A stretch of 32,000 nt of DNA from positions 1-32,000 of the forward strand of contig NZ_LT667503.1 in the NCBI RefSeq assembly GCF_900128735.1, given 5' to 3'. This DNA is from Candidatus Saccharimonadota bacterium. GTDB lineage: Bacteria; Pseudomonadota; Gammaproteobacteria; Enterobacterales; Enterobacteriaceae. The translations under genes were made by a program, and so were the position numbers. A model generated the notes under the pieces. The model was not told where the DNA came from. It saw only the letters and a list, made by a program, of their open reading frames with translations, and did not search any database. Of the stretch, positions 24,301 through 32,000 are shown piece after piece. The stretch's first letter is position 1, and each line of letters starts with the position of its first letter.

Positions 24301-25578
24301 AGCTCGATTTAATAAGATCGGATGTTCACAGATGATTTCATCGAGAATATCCCATACCACTGATTCTTCTCGTTCAACCATTTTTTTAGCGGCTTTTATG
24401 GTGGTAGCTAAATTTCTTTTTTCTAATTTTCCATATATAAATGGCTTAAACAGTTCTAATGCCATTTTTTTTGGAATTCCGCATTGATGTAAATGTAAAT
24501 AAGGACCTACAGTGATTACCGATCTTCCTGAGTAATCTACTCGTTTACCTAATAAATTTTGTCGGAACCGACCTTGTTTTCCTTTAATCATATCTGCTAA
24601 TGATTTTAACGGTCTTTTATTCGATCCTGTAATAGATCTTCCACGTCTACCATTGTCTAATAATGCATCTACTGCTTCTTGTAGCATTCTTTTTTCATTA
24701 CGAATGATAATATCTGGTGCAGAGAGTTCCAATAAACGTTTAAGTCGATTATTTCTATTTATGACTCGACGATATAGATCATTTAAATCAGATGTTGCGA
24801 ATCTTCCTCCGTCAAGTGGAACTAATGGGCGTAAATCAGGAGGAAGAATAGGTAAAACTGTTAAGATCATCCATTCCGGTTTATTTTTGGATAATAATAG
24901 TGATTCTATTAATTTTATTCTTTTTGTAAGTTTTTTTCTTTTTGTTTCTGAATTGGTTTCTAAAATTTCTGTTTTAAGTTCTTTACATGTACTTTTTAAA
25001 TTCATATTTTGTAATAAATTTTGTATTGCTTCAGCACCCATATTAGCATTTAATTCATTTCCAAATTCTTCTATAGCATTTAAGTATTGTTCTTCTGTTA
25101 AAATTTGATTTTTTTCAAAATTAGTCATTCCGCTTTCTATTACAACATATGATTCAAAATATAATACACGTTCTATATCACGTAATGGCATATCTAATAA
25201 TAATCCAATCCGCGAAGGTAATGATTTTAGAAACCAAATATGCGCTGTTGGGGAGGCTAATTCGATATGTCCCATGCGTTCTCGACGCACTTTACTTTGT
25301 GTTACTTCAACGCCGCATTTTTCACATATTACTCCTCTATGTTTTAATCGTTTATATTTACCACATAAACATTCATAATCTTTAATAGGACCAAAGATAC
25401 GAGAACAAAATAATCCATCACGTTCTGGTTTAAATGTACGATAGTTTATTGTTTCTGGTTTTTTTACTTCTCCAAAAGACCAAGATCTTATCACGTCCGG
25501 TGATGCTAATGAGATTCTAATTGAATTAAATTCTTCGATTTTTTTGTTTTTTTTAAAAAGTTTTAATATATCTTTCAA
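21334..25578 (-). CDS. rpoC: RNA polymerase beta-prime subunit
   Basis: Collinear with E. coli RpoC ([12 protein letters not shown] catalytic motif, zinc-binding [23 protein letters not shown]). The ORF track starts at a TTG at 25626. I call the TTG at 25578, giving (M)[32 protein letters not shown] against E. coli [33 protein letters not shown], with an AGGA upstream (1414 aa). Confidence 0.95.
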   Translation of the reverse strand: MKDILKLFKKNKKIEEFNSIRISLASPDVIRSWSFGEVKKPETINYRTFKPERDGLFCSRIFGPIKDYECLCGKYKRLKHRGVICEKCGVEVTQSKVRRERMGHIELASPTAHIWFLKSLPSRIGLLLDMPLRDIERVLYFESYVVIESGMTNFEKNQILTEEQYLNAIEEFGNELNANMGAEAIQNLLQNMNLKSTCKELKTEILETNSETKRKKLTKRIKLIESLLLSKNKPEWMILTVLPILPPDLRPLVPLDGGRFATSDLNDLYRRVINRNNRLKRLLELSAPDIIIRNEKRMLQEAVDALLDNGRRGRSITGSNKRPLKSLADMIKGKQGRFRQNLLGKRVDYSGRSVITVGPYLHLHQCGIPKKMALELFKPFIYGKLEKRNLATTIKAAKKMVEREESVVWDILDEIICEHPILLNRAPTLHRLGIQAFEPILIEGKAIQLHPLVCAAYNADFDGDQMAIHIPLTEEAQLEARSLMMSTNNILSPANGEPIIVPSQDVVLGIYYMTREKINGKGEGMLLSGSKEAERVYMLGIAELHSKVRIRIKEYCSNNTKEKQKIIKNKIVDTTIGRAIFWNIVPQGLSFNLVNKTLGKSDISGLLNYCYRILGLKKTVNFADQIMYIGFNYAARSGASVGIDDIVIPKEKTEIIAEAEYEVSEIHEQFQTGLVTFGERYNKIIDIWAVANEKVARAMMKNLSTNIIIDKKGKKRKQASFNNIFMMADSGARGSAAQIRQLAGMRGLMAKPDGSIIETPITANFREGLNVLQYFISTHGARKGLADTALKTANSGYLTRRLVDVAQDLVVTEDDCQTSEGIIMHSLIEGGDIKETLRERVLGRLTAENILKPNTKKTIIPRNTLLHEKWCDLLEKYFIDKIKVRSVVNCETIFGVCAYCYGRDLARGTLVKKGEAIGVIAAQSIGEPGTQLTMRTFHIGGAASRSALESSIQVRKNGTIHLSNSKFIINSNKKIIITSRNIELKTIDEFGKTQESYKIPYGAVLAKGEGESVQAGEIIAKWDPHTIPVITEVSGYIKFIDMVDGQSVIRQTDELTGLSSVVILDISERTIIGKDLRPSLKIISKQGYDIFIPGTDMPAQYFLPGKAIIQLENGIKISSGDTLARVPQESGGTKDITGGLPRVADLFEARKPKELAILAEISGIISFGKETKGKRRLILTPPTGNNTHEEMIPKWRQLNVFEGERVEKGDVISDGPESPHDILRLRGVQAVTKYIVNEVQEVYRLQGVKINDKHIEVILRQMLRKATILNSGNSNFLPGEQLAYSQIIIKNKKLEQKGKKPAIFLRDLLGITKASLATESFISAASFQETTRVLTESAVAGKKDELRGLKENVIVGRLIPAGTGYSYHKNRTKNRLEKNSSKTTKKNDHTILSSSAEEAAANLSELLNSAERPK

Positions 25579-25643
25579 GGAGTTAGTCCTATTTAGGTAT
25601 AATATAATGTACGGAATTGATATCAATTTTATGTAAATATTTT

Positions 25644-28600
25644 TTATTCGTTATTTAGTTCGATATTTATACCTAGTGATCTAATTTCTTTTAATAAAAC
25701 ATTAAATGATTCAGGCATACCCGGTTCCATTTTATATTTTCCATTAACAATATTTTTGTACATTTTTGTTCGTCCATTGACATCATCAGATTTTACTGTT
25801 AACATTTCTTGTAAAGTATGTGAAGCGCCATAAGCTTCTAAAGCCCAAACTTCCATTTCTCCAAATCTTTGTCCTCCAAATTGAGCTTTTCCTCCTAATG
25901 GTTGTTGTGTAATTAAACTATATGAACCTGTAGATCGGGCATGCATTTTATCATCTACCAGATGATTTAACTTTAACATATACATGTATCCTACAGTAAC
26001 GTCGCGTTCAAATTTTTCACCAGTGCGACCATCAAATAATGTAATCTGTCCGGACTCCGGTAAATTTCCTAGTTTTAAAAGTTTTTTTATTTCTTGTTCA
26101 TGTACTCCATCAAAAACAGGGGTGGCAATAGGCATACCGTGACGTAAATTTTGAGCTAATTGTAATATTTCTTGATCAGAAAATTCTTCCAAATTTACTT
26201 TTTGATTAGTATTATTTCCCAAATCATAAGCTTTTTGTATAAATTTTTTTATTTTTTGTAAATTTTTTTCTTTTTTTAACATTGTATCAATTATATTTCC
26301 TATACCTTTAGCAGCTAAACCAAGATGTGTTTCAAGAATTTGTCCTAAATTCATTCGTGAAGGCACGCCTAAAGGATTAAGAACTATATCAACAGGTACT
26401 CCATTTATATCATATGGCATATCTTCTATAGGATTTATTTTTGAAATAACACCTTTATTTCCATGTCTACCAGCCATTTTATCACCCGGTTGTATTTGCC
26501 TTTTCACTGCTAAATATACTTTAACAATTTTTAAAATTCCTGGTGCTAATTCATCTCCTTGTGTGATTTTTTTTTTCTTTTCTTTTAATTTTTTAGAAAA
26601 TTTATTTTTTAAAATTTTATATTGTTCTTTTAGTTGTTTAATTGATGTTCTTATATCTTTTTTATTATCAACGTTTATGCGAAAAAGATTATCTAAAGAA
26701 TATTCAGTATAATTTTTGACATCTATATCCGCTTTTTTTAATATATCTAGAATTCTATAAATAAAATTTAATTCAAATATTTTTAATTGCTCGGATAATT
26801 CTTTTTTTATTTTTTTTAATTGCATCTTTTCAATTTCTATAGTTCTTTTATCTTTTTTTACACCATCTCGTGTAAATATTTGTACATCAATAATTGTGCC
26901 ACATATACTATTAGGGACTCGTAATGAAGAATCTTTGACATCTGAAGCTTTTTCTCCAAATATTGCTCGTAATAGTTTTTCTTCTGGAGTTAATTGGGTT
27001 TCTCCTTTTGGAGTTACTTTTCCTACTAAAACATCTCCACTCGATACATCTGCACCAATATATACAATACCAGAGTCATCTAATTTAGAAAGAGCTGATG
27101 CACTAACATTAGGGATATCTGCAGTAATTTCCTCTGTTCCTAACTTGGTATCTCTAGAGATACATGATAATTCTTGAATATGGATAGTCGTGAACCGATC
27201 TTTTTGAACTATTTTTTCGGAAATTAAGATAGAATCTTCAAAATTATAACCATTCCATGGCATAAACGCTACTCGCATATTTTGTCCTAAAGCTAATTCT
27301 CCTAGATCTGTAGCAGGTCCATCAGCTAAAACATCGCCTCGGCGTACTTTTTCATTTAAAGTAATACACGGTATTTGATTAATACATGTATTTTGATTAG
27401 ATCTGGTATATTTATTTAAAATATAAATATCAATACCGGATTCTTTTATATTGATTTTTTTATTTTTAATTTTAATTACAATACGAGAAGAATCTACATA
27501 TTGCACTATACCACTACGTTTTGCTATGACTGTTACGCCTGAATCAATTGCAACAGATCGCTCCATTCCGGTTCCTACAAGAGGTTTTTCTGATTTTATA
27601 GTTGGAACAGCTTGTCTTTGCATATTAGCACCCATAAGAGCGCGATTAGCATCATTATGTTCAAGAAAAGGAATTAAAGAAGCGCCTACTGAAACGATTT
27701 GTTGAGTAGAAACGTCCATATAACTAACTTTATTTCGATGAATTAAACCAAATTCTCCATTATGTCTGCACGTTACATAATCATTATATAAAAAACCTTC
27801 TTTAGTGATTTTTGTATTAGCTTGTGCAATAACATAAGTACCTTCTTCAATAGCTGATAAATAATGAATTTCATTAGTGACCTGATGATGAGAAATTTTG
27901 CGGTATGGTGTTTCTAAGAATCCATATTGATTTGTTCTTGCATATACAGCTAAAGAGTTAATTAATCCAATATTTGGTCCTTCAGGTGTTTCAATAGGAC
28001 AAACACGACCATAATGAGTAGGATGTACATCTCGTACTTCAAAACCGGCGCGTTCTCGTGTTAACCCGCCAATACCAAGCGCAGAAATTCTGCGTTTATG
28101 TGTTATTTCAGATAATGGATTATTTTGATCCATAAATTGAGATAATTGGCTAGATCCAAAAAATTCTTTTATAGCAGACGATATAGGTTTGGCATTAATA
28201 ATATCTTGCGGCATAAGATTATCTAAGTCACTTATTGATAACCTTTCTTTAACTGCTCTTTCTACGCGTATTAATCCAATTCTAAATTGATTTTCTGCCA
28301 TTTCGCCAACTGATCTAATACGACGATTTCCTAAATGATCAATGTCATCAACTTCTCCTTTTCCATTTCTAATATTAATTAGTTTTTTTATTACATCAAT
28401 GATATCTAATTTATTTAAGATTCCTGGTCCAGAAATTTTTTGACGCTTTAGTGAACGATTAAATTTCATTCGTCCAACTGGGGATAAGTCATAACGATCA
28501 GTTGCAAAAAAAAGATTATCAAATAAATTTTCTGTAGCTTCTTTAGTTGGAGGTTCTCCGGGTCTCATCATTTTATAAATTTCAATTAAGGCTGTGTGGC

Positions 28601-29675
28601 GATCTTGTGTGGTATCAATTTGTAATGTTTCAGAAATATAGGGACCGTGATCTAAATCATTGGTAAATAATACATAGATTTTTTTATGGCCGGCCGATTT
28701 TAATTTTTCGAAATTTTCATGAGTTAAATTAGAATTAGCGGATATAATTAATTTATTACTTTTTAAATCTATATAATCTTTACTAATAATTTTTCTTTTT
28801 AGGTAGGAAAAAGGTACTATGATATTTTTTATTTTATTTTTTTCTAATAACTGAATTTGTCTATTTGTAATTCTTTTTCCTTTTTCAATATATACCTTAT
28901 TTTGAGATACCACATCAAAATCTAATGTTTCTCCTCTTAGTCTTTCCGGTATCAGTTTCATAGATATATTTTCTTGGTGAATATAAAATTTGTCTTTCTT
29001 AAAAAAAAGATCTAAAATATCTTCAGTATTTAAATTTAATGCACGTAAAATCATTGTAACCGGTAATTTTCTTCTTCGATCAATACGAGCAAATAAATGA
29101 TCTTTTGGGTCAAATTCAAAATCTAACCATGAACCTCGGTAAGGAATAATACGGGCATTATATAATATTTTTCCAGAAGAATGAGTTTTACCTTTATCAC
29201 TATCAAAAAAAACACCAGGACTTCTATGTAACTGGGATACAACTACTCTTTCTGTGCCATTAATAATAAAGGTTCCATTTTTTGTCATTAATGGTAGTTC
29301 GCCCATATATACTTCTTGTTCTTTTATATTTTTAACATGAGGTTCTAATACATCTTTTTCGTAAATAATTAAACGTAGTTTGACTCTTAAAGGAGAAGAA
29401 TAGGTTGTTCCTCGTATTCTACACTCTTTTTCGTCAAAAATATTTTTTCCTATTCTATAGGAAACATATTGTAATTCTGAGCTTCCATTATAGCTATGAA
29501 TAGGAAAAATAGATTGGAAAGCAGCTTCTAAACCTTGTTGTCCTGTAGGATCTAATGTCATGAATTTTTGAAAAGAATTAATTTGAATAGAAAGAAGGTA
29601 AGGTATGTCTAATACTTTTGGTTGTTTTCCAAAATTTTTTCGTATTCTTTTTTTTTCTGTATAAGAGTAAACCAT
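25644..29675 (-). CDS. rpoB: RNA polymerase beta subunit
   Basis: 1343 aa (E. coli 1342). The N-terminus [38 protein letters not shown] is near-identical to E. coli. GAGGA lies upstream of the ATG. Confidence 0.97.
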   Translation of the reverse strand: MVYSYTEKKRIRKNFGKQPKVLDIPYLLSIQINSFQKFMTLDPTGQQGLEAAFQSIFPIHSYNGSSELQYVSYRIGKNIFDEKECRIRGTTYSSPLRVKLRLIIYEKDVLEPHVKNIKEQEVYMGELPLMTKNGTFIINGTERVVVSQLHRSPGVFFDSDKGKTHSSGKILYNARIIPYRGSWLDFEFDPKDHLFARIDRRRKLPVTMILRALNLNTEDILDLFFKKDKFYIHQENISMKLIPERLRGETLDFDVVSQNKVYIEKGKRITNRQIQLLEKNKIKNIIVPFSYLKRKIISKDYIDLKSNKLIISANSNLTHENFEKLKSAGHKKIYVLFTNDLDHGPYISETLQIDTTQDRHTALIEIYKMMRPGEPPTKEATENLFDNLFFATDRYDLSPVGRMKFNRSLKRQKISGPGILNKLDIIDVIKKLINIRNGKGEVDDIDHLGNRRIRSVGEMAENQFRIGLIRVERAVKERLSISDLDNLMPQDIINAKPISSAIKEFFGSSQLSQFMDQNNPLSEITHKRRISALGIGGLTRERAGFEVRDVHPTHYGRVCPIETPEGPNIGLINSLAVYARTNQYGFLETPYRKISHHQVTNEIHYLSAIEEGTYVIAQANTKITKEGFLYNDYVTCRHNGEFGLIHRNKVSYMDVSTQQIVSVGASLIPFLEHNDANRALMGANMQRQAVPTIKSEKPLVGTGMERSVAIDSGVTVIAKRSGIVQYVDSSRIVIKIKNKKINIKESGIDIYILNKYTRSNQNTCINQIPCITLNEKVRRGDVLADGPATDLGELALGQNMRVAFMPWNGYNFEDSILISEKIVQKDRFTTIHIQELSCISRDTKLGTEEITADIPNVSASALSKLDDSGIVYIGADVSSGDVLVGKVTPKGETQLTPEEKLLRAIFGEKASDVKDSSLRVPNSICGTIIDVQIFTRDGVKKDKRTIEIEKMQLKKIKKELSEQLKIFELNFIYRILDILKKADIDVKNYTEYSLDNLFRINVDNKKDIRTSIKQLKEQYKILKNKFSKKLKEKKKKITQGDELAPGILKIVKVYLAVKRQIQPGDKMAGRHGNKGVISKINPIEDMPYDINGVPVDIVLNPLGVPSRMNLGQILETHLGLAAKGIGNIIDTMLKKEKNLQKIKKFIQKAYDLGNNTNQKVNLEEFSDQEILQLAQNLRHGMPIATPVFDGVHEQEIKKLLKLGNLPESGQITLFDGRTGEKFERDVTVGYMYMLKLNHLVDDKMHARSTGSYSLITQQPLGGKAQFGGQRFGEMEVWALEAYGASHTLQEMLTVKSDDVNGRTKMYKNIVNGKYKMEPGMPESFNVLLKEIRSLGINIELNNE

Positions 29676-29809
29676 TAATTCCTCATTTTTTATAAAAACT
29701 TTTAGTTATGGGATTGATATTTTTTTCAAACGTTTTCATTTTTATATTTTTTTTAAAAATATTTGAACAATAAGCATGCTGGTATTTTTTTTATTCATAA
29801 AATTTTTTT

Positions 29810-29844
29810 AGAAAGCTAGTGACGTTATAAATTCACCAGCTTCT
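29810..29844 (-). promoter_or_regulatory. Stem-loop in the rplL-rpoB spacer (possible attenuator or processing hairpin)
   Basis: In the - strand transcript, GCUGGUGA pairs with UCACUAGC (8 bp with one G-U, 10-nt loop; + strand arms at 29815-29822 and 29833-29840). The stem extends by about 4 more pairs with one bulge. It lies about 49 nt after the rplL stop, the position of the E. coli rplL-rpoB attenuator and RNase III site. Confidence 0.35.
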
Positions 29845-29888
29845 CTGACGGTTTGTATATTTTTAAACGATAATAAGATCATTTTTTT

Positions 29889-30257
29889 TTATTGTATTTC
29901 AGCTTTCGCACCAACGTTTATTATGTCTTTTATTAAAAGTTCCGCTTCTTTTTTTGTAATTTTTTCTTTAATGATAGTCGGAGCTGATTCGACTAAATCC
30001 TTAGATTCTTTTAGACCTAATCCTGTTACGCTACGAATAATTTTGATTACTGCGACTTTATTTTTTCCTATTTCATTTAGTTTTACATTAAATTCAGTCT
30101 TTTCTTCTATTTTTTTTGAAGAGATTTCATTTGTAGAATTTAACGGCATTGCGGATGATACATTAAATTTTTTTTCTATTTCAGAAATTAATTTTGTAAT
30201 ATTTTGTATAGACATTTCAGATAAAGCATTAAGTATTTGTTCGTTAGTTAGTGACAT
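29889..30257 (-). CDS. rplL: 50S ribosomal protein L7/L12
   Basis: 122 aa. [41 protein letters not shown] aligns with E. coli L7/L12 [41 protein letters not shown]. Confidence 0.96.
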   Translation of the reverse strand: [122 protein letters not shown]

Positions 30258-30303
30258 AATATTATTCCTAATAATTATAAAATATAATTTTTAATAGTTA
30301 TAT

Positions 30304-30798
30304 TTAAATTTTTTTAATTTTATAAATAGAATTTAATACATTTAATAATTTTCCTACAGCAGCTGTTTTTAATGTTAAAATTAGTTTGATTAATATTTCA
30401 TTATAAGTTGGAAGTATAGCTAACTGTTCAATCTCTTGAAAAGATAATATTTTTTCTTCAAATATTGCTTTTGTAATTTTGAATCTTGTATTTTTTTCAG
30501 TGAATTTTTTGAATAGTCGGCTAGCGCTACCTGGATGTTGCATAGAAAAAGCGATTAATGTAGGCCCTTTTAAAGTGTCACTTAATTTTGAGAATTTAGT
30601 ATTTTTTAGAGATTTTTTTAGTAGCGTATTTCTTATAACAGACATTTCGATATTTAATGAACGAGCCTTTTTTCTTAAGTCATTCATTTCATTTACTTGA
30701 ATATTTGATATATCAGCAGTGATAGCAGATAATGCAAATTTAGCGATGTTATGATTTTTTTTTATAATTTTTTTTTTATTTTTTAATTTTAACATCAT
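30304..30798 (-). CDS. rplJ: 50S ribosomal protein L10
   Basis: ALSAITADISNIQVNEMNDLRKKARSLNIEMSVIRNTLLKKSL aligns with E. coli L10. The ORF track starts at 30822. The ATG at 30798 gives the same N-terminal length as E. coli (25 residues up to ALSA) and has AAGGA about 7 nt upstream, so I prefer it (164 aa). Confidence 0.9.
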   Translation of the reverse strand: MMLKLKNKKKIIKKNHNIAKFALSAITADISNIQVNEMNDLRKKARSLNIEMSVIRNTLLKKSLKNTKFSKLSDTLKGPTLIAFSMQHPGSASRLFKKFTEKNTRFKITKAIFEEKILSFQEIEQLAILPTYNEILIKLILTLKTAAVGKLLNVLNSIYKIKKI

Positions 30799-31009
30799 GT
30801 TATTATCCTTTTTTATTATCATATAAAATTTTTATAATTTTTAGATATTTTAAAGTTAGGGTATTAAAATCTTTTTTAAAAACTATAATAAGATAAATAT
30901 TTTTTATAGTTGATTTTATTGATTTATGTAATACCAGTTAATTTTTTTAAGTTAACTTTTTTCTTTGATATATAAGGATAATGATTATATAAAATATATT
31001 GTATAAATT

Positions 31010-31699
31010 TTATAAAGAAAGATGGTCAATAGTTATTCCGGGACCCATAGTAGTAGATAAACTGATTTTTTTACAATAAATTCCTTTAGATTGATTGTTT
31101 TTAGATTTTTTAATAGCATTAAATAATATTTGCAAATTTTGATATAATTTTTTTTCAGAAAAGTTTATTTTACCAAAACTACTATGTATTATCCCATTTT
31201 TATCATTCTTGTAATTTACTTTTCCTATTTTTGCTTCTTCTATTGATTTTTTTATATCTTCGGTAACAGTTCCAAATTTAGGATTTGGCATTATACCTCG
31301 CGGTCCTAGAATAGGTCCTAATTTACTAACTATTTTCATGGTATCTGGAGATGCAATAATAATATCAAATACTATTTTTTTATTTTTAATAATATCTGCT
31401 AGATCTTCGGTGCCAACAGCGTCTACATTTAATGATTTGGCTATTTCTGCATTTTTTCCTGTAGCAAAAACCGCAATTTTTGATTTTTTTCCTGTTCCAT
31501 GTGGCAGTAATATGGATCCACGGATATTTTGTTCAGATTTTTTAGTATTTATATTCAGATAAAAAGCTGCATCGATACTTTCATTAAATTTAGCAAGTTT
31601 TAGTTGTTTTAAAAAATTTATTCCATTTTTTGCGGAATATAATTTATTTTTTTTTATTTTTTGTTGATTTTGTTTCTTTTTTTTAGATAATTTTTTCAT
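31010..31699 (-). CDS. rplA: 50S ribosomal protein L1
   Basis: 229 aa. AKFNESIDAAFYLNINTKKSEQNIRGSILLPHGTGK aligns with E. coli L1 [36 protein letters not shown]. Confidence 0.95.
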   Translation of the reverse strand: MKKLSKKKKQNQQKIKKNKLYSAKNGINFLKQLKLAKFNESIDAAFYLNINTKKSEQNIRGSILLPHGTGKKSKIAVFATGKNAEIAKSLNVDAVGTEDLADIIKNKKIVFDIIIASPDTMKIVSKLGPILGPRGIMPNPKFGTVTEDIKKSIEEAKIGKVNYKNDKNGIIHSSFGKINFSEKKLYQNLQILFNAIKKSKNNQSKGIYCKKISLSTTMGPGITIDHLSL

Positions 31700-31702
31700 A
31701 TA

Positions 31703-32000
31703 TTATTCCTTTATCACTTTAATGCCCATAGAATAAGCAGTTCCTTCAATAGATTTTGCTATTTTTTCGATATTTTTTCCTGTCATATCTTGTTGTTTTA
31801 ATTTAGCGATTTCATAGATTTTATTTTTTGTTATGGTGCCTATGATTTCATGTTTTGGTTTTTTAGATCCCGTTTTAATATTTATTTCTTTTTTTAATAA
31901 AATTGATGCTGGTGGAGTTTTTATAATAAATGTAAATGTTTTGTCTGCAAAGACTGTAATAATAACTGGCGTTGGAATTCCTTTTTCAAGATGGGCGGTT
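31703..32000 (-). CDS. rplK: 50S ribosomal protein L11, 3' part only (5' end lies beyond the window)
   Basis: Not in the ORF track because no start lies in the window. My manual translation of the - strand from 31999 gives [38 protein letters not shown]...[19 protein letters not shown]-stop (TAA at 31705-31703). It matches the E. coli L11 C-terminal two thirds. The stop is 3 nt before the rplA start. Confidence 0.93.
   Translation of the reverse strand, partial: TAHLEKGIPTPVIITVFADKTFTFIIKTPPASILLKKEINIKTGSKKPKHEIIGTITKNKIYEIAKLKQQDMTGKNIEKIAKSIEGTAYSMGIKVIKE

Noticed and set aside
24653-25108. 151-aa ORF on the + strand inside rpoC, and similar antisense ORFs at 22022-22282, 22364-22591, 23855-24046, 25149-25385, 26896-27177 and 27451-27705 inside rpoC/rpoB
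   Set aside because: All lie wholly inside strongly conserved genes on the opposite strand. Their products are low-complexity (S/F/I/L-rich) with no recognisable motifs and no Shine-Dalgarno. These are typical shadow ORFs of long, codon-biased genes.
29923-30294. 123-aa + strand ORF spanning almost exactly the rplL gene, with comparable antisense ORFs in rplJ (30479-30700) and rplA (31338-31562)
   Set aside because: This is the mirror-frame ORF of a well-conserved ribosomal protein gene. The sequence is S/F/I-rich with no motif. The near-perfect overlap is explained by the absence of stop-complement codons in the rplL reading frame.
30870-30990. AT-rich hairpins in the rplA-rplJ spacer (AACTATAA...TTATAGTT, and AGTTAA...TTAACT around a GTTAAC palindrome), considered as the L10-L12 autoregulatory leader structure
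   Set aside because: The stems are short and almost pure A/T. I cannot show similarity to the E. coli rplJ leader or to the 23S rRNA L10 site by eye, so calling a feature is not supportable without covariation analysis.

Overview
This window looks like the origin-proximal segment of an extremely AT-rich (roughly 20% GC by eye), heavily reduced gammaproteobacterial insect endosymbiont. Gene content, gene order and the close match of GroES/GroEL to what I remember of Buchnera aphidicola point to a Buchnera-type aphid symbiont. This is from memory; no database search was possible.

Gene order, left to right:
- two perfect DnaA boxes at the left edge
- mnmG(gidA) on the + strand
- gyrB-dnaN-dnaA on the - strand
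- rpmH-rnpA-yidC-mnmE on the + strand
- tRNA-Phe on the - strand
- groES-groEL-efp on the + strand
- dnaC and rsmD on the - strand
- ftsY-rpoH-metE on the + strand
- rpoC-rpoB-rplL-rplJ-rplA-rplK on the - strand, with rplK running off the right edge

Every substantial ORF is a recognisable core housekeeping gene. I see no mobile elements, CRISPR, defence or toxin genes, accessory island or unexplained multi-gene cluster, so I do not claim a novel system.

Observations worth a second look are small-scale:
1. The ancestral 5' end of ftsY (conserved N-terminal peptide plus the only Shine-Dalgarno) is out of frame with the NG-domain ORF across an A8T10 homopolymer.
2. There are A11-A13 tracts inside dnaA, rsmD and rpoH.
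3. Only a 216-bp spacer lies where other Buchnera carry the atp operon.
4. dnaC is retained without dnaT.
5. A sigma32-type promoter is retained upstream of groES.
6. There are odd sequence elements next to the DnaA boxes.
7. Most coding sequence here, including rpoBC and the ribosomal protein genes, points toward the putative origin.

I shortened three ORF-track starts (gyrB, rpoC, rplJ) from ortholog alignment and Shine-Dalgarno position. I added two genes missing from the track: rpmH and partial rplK.
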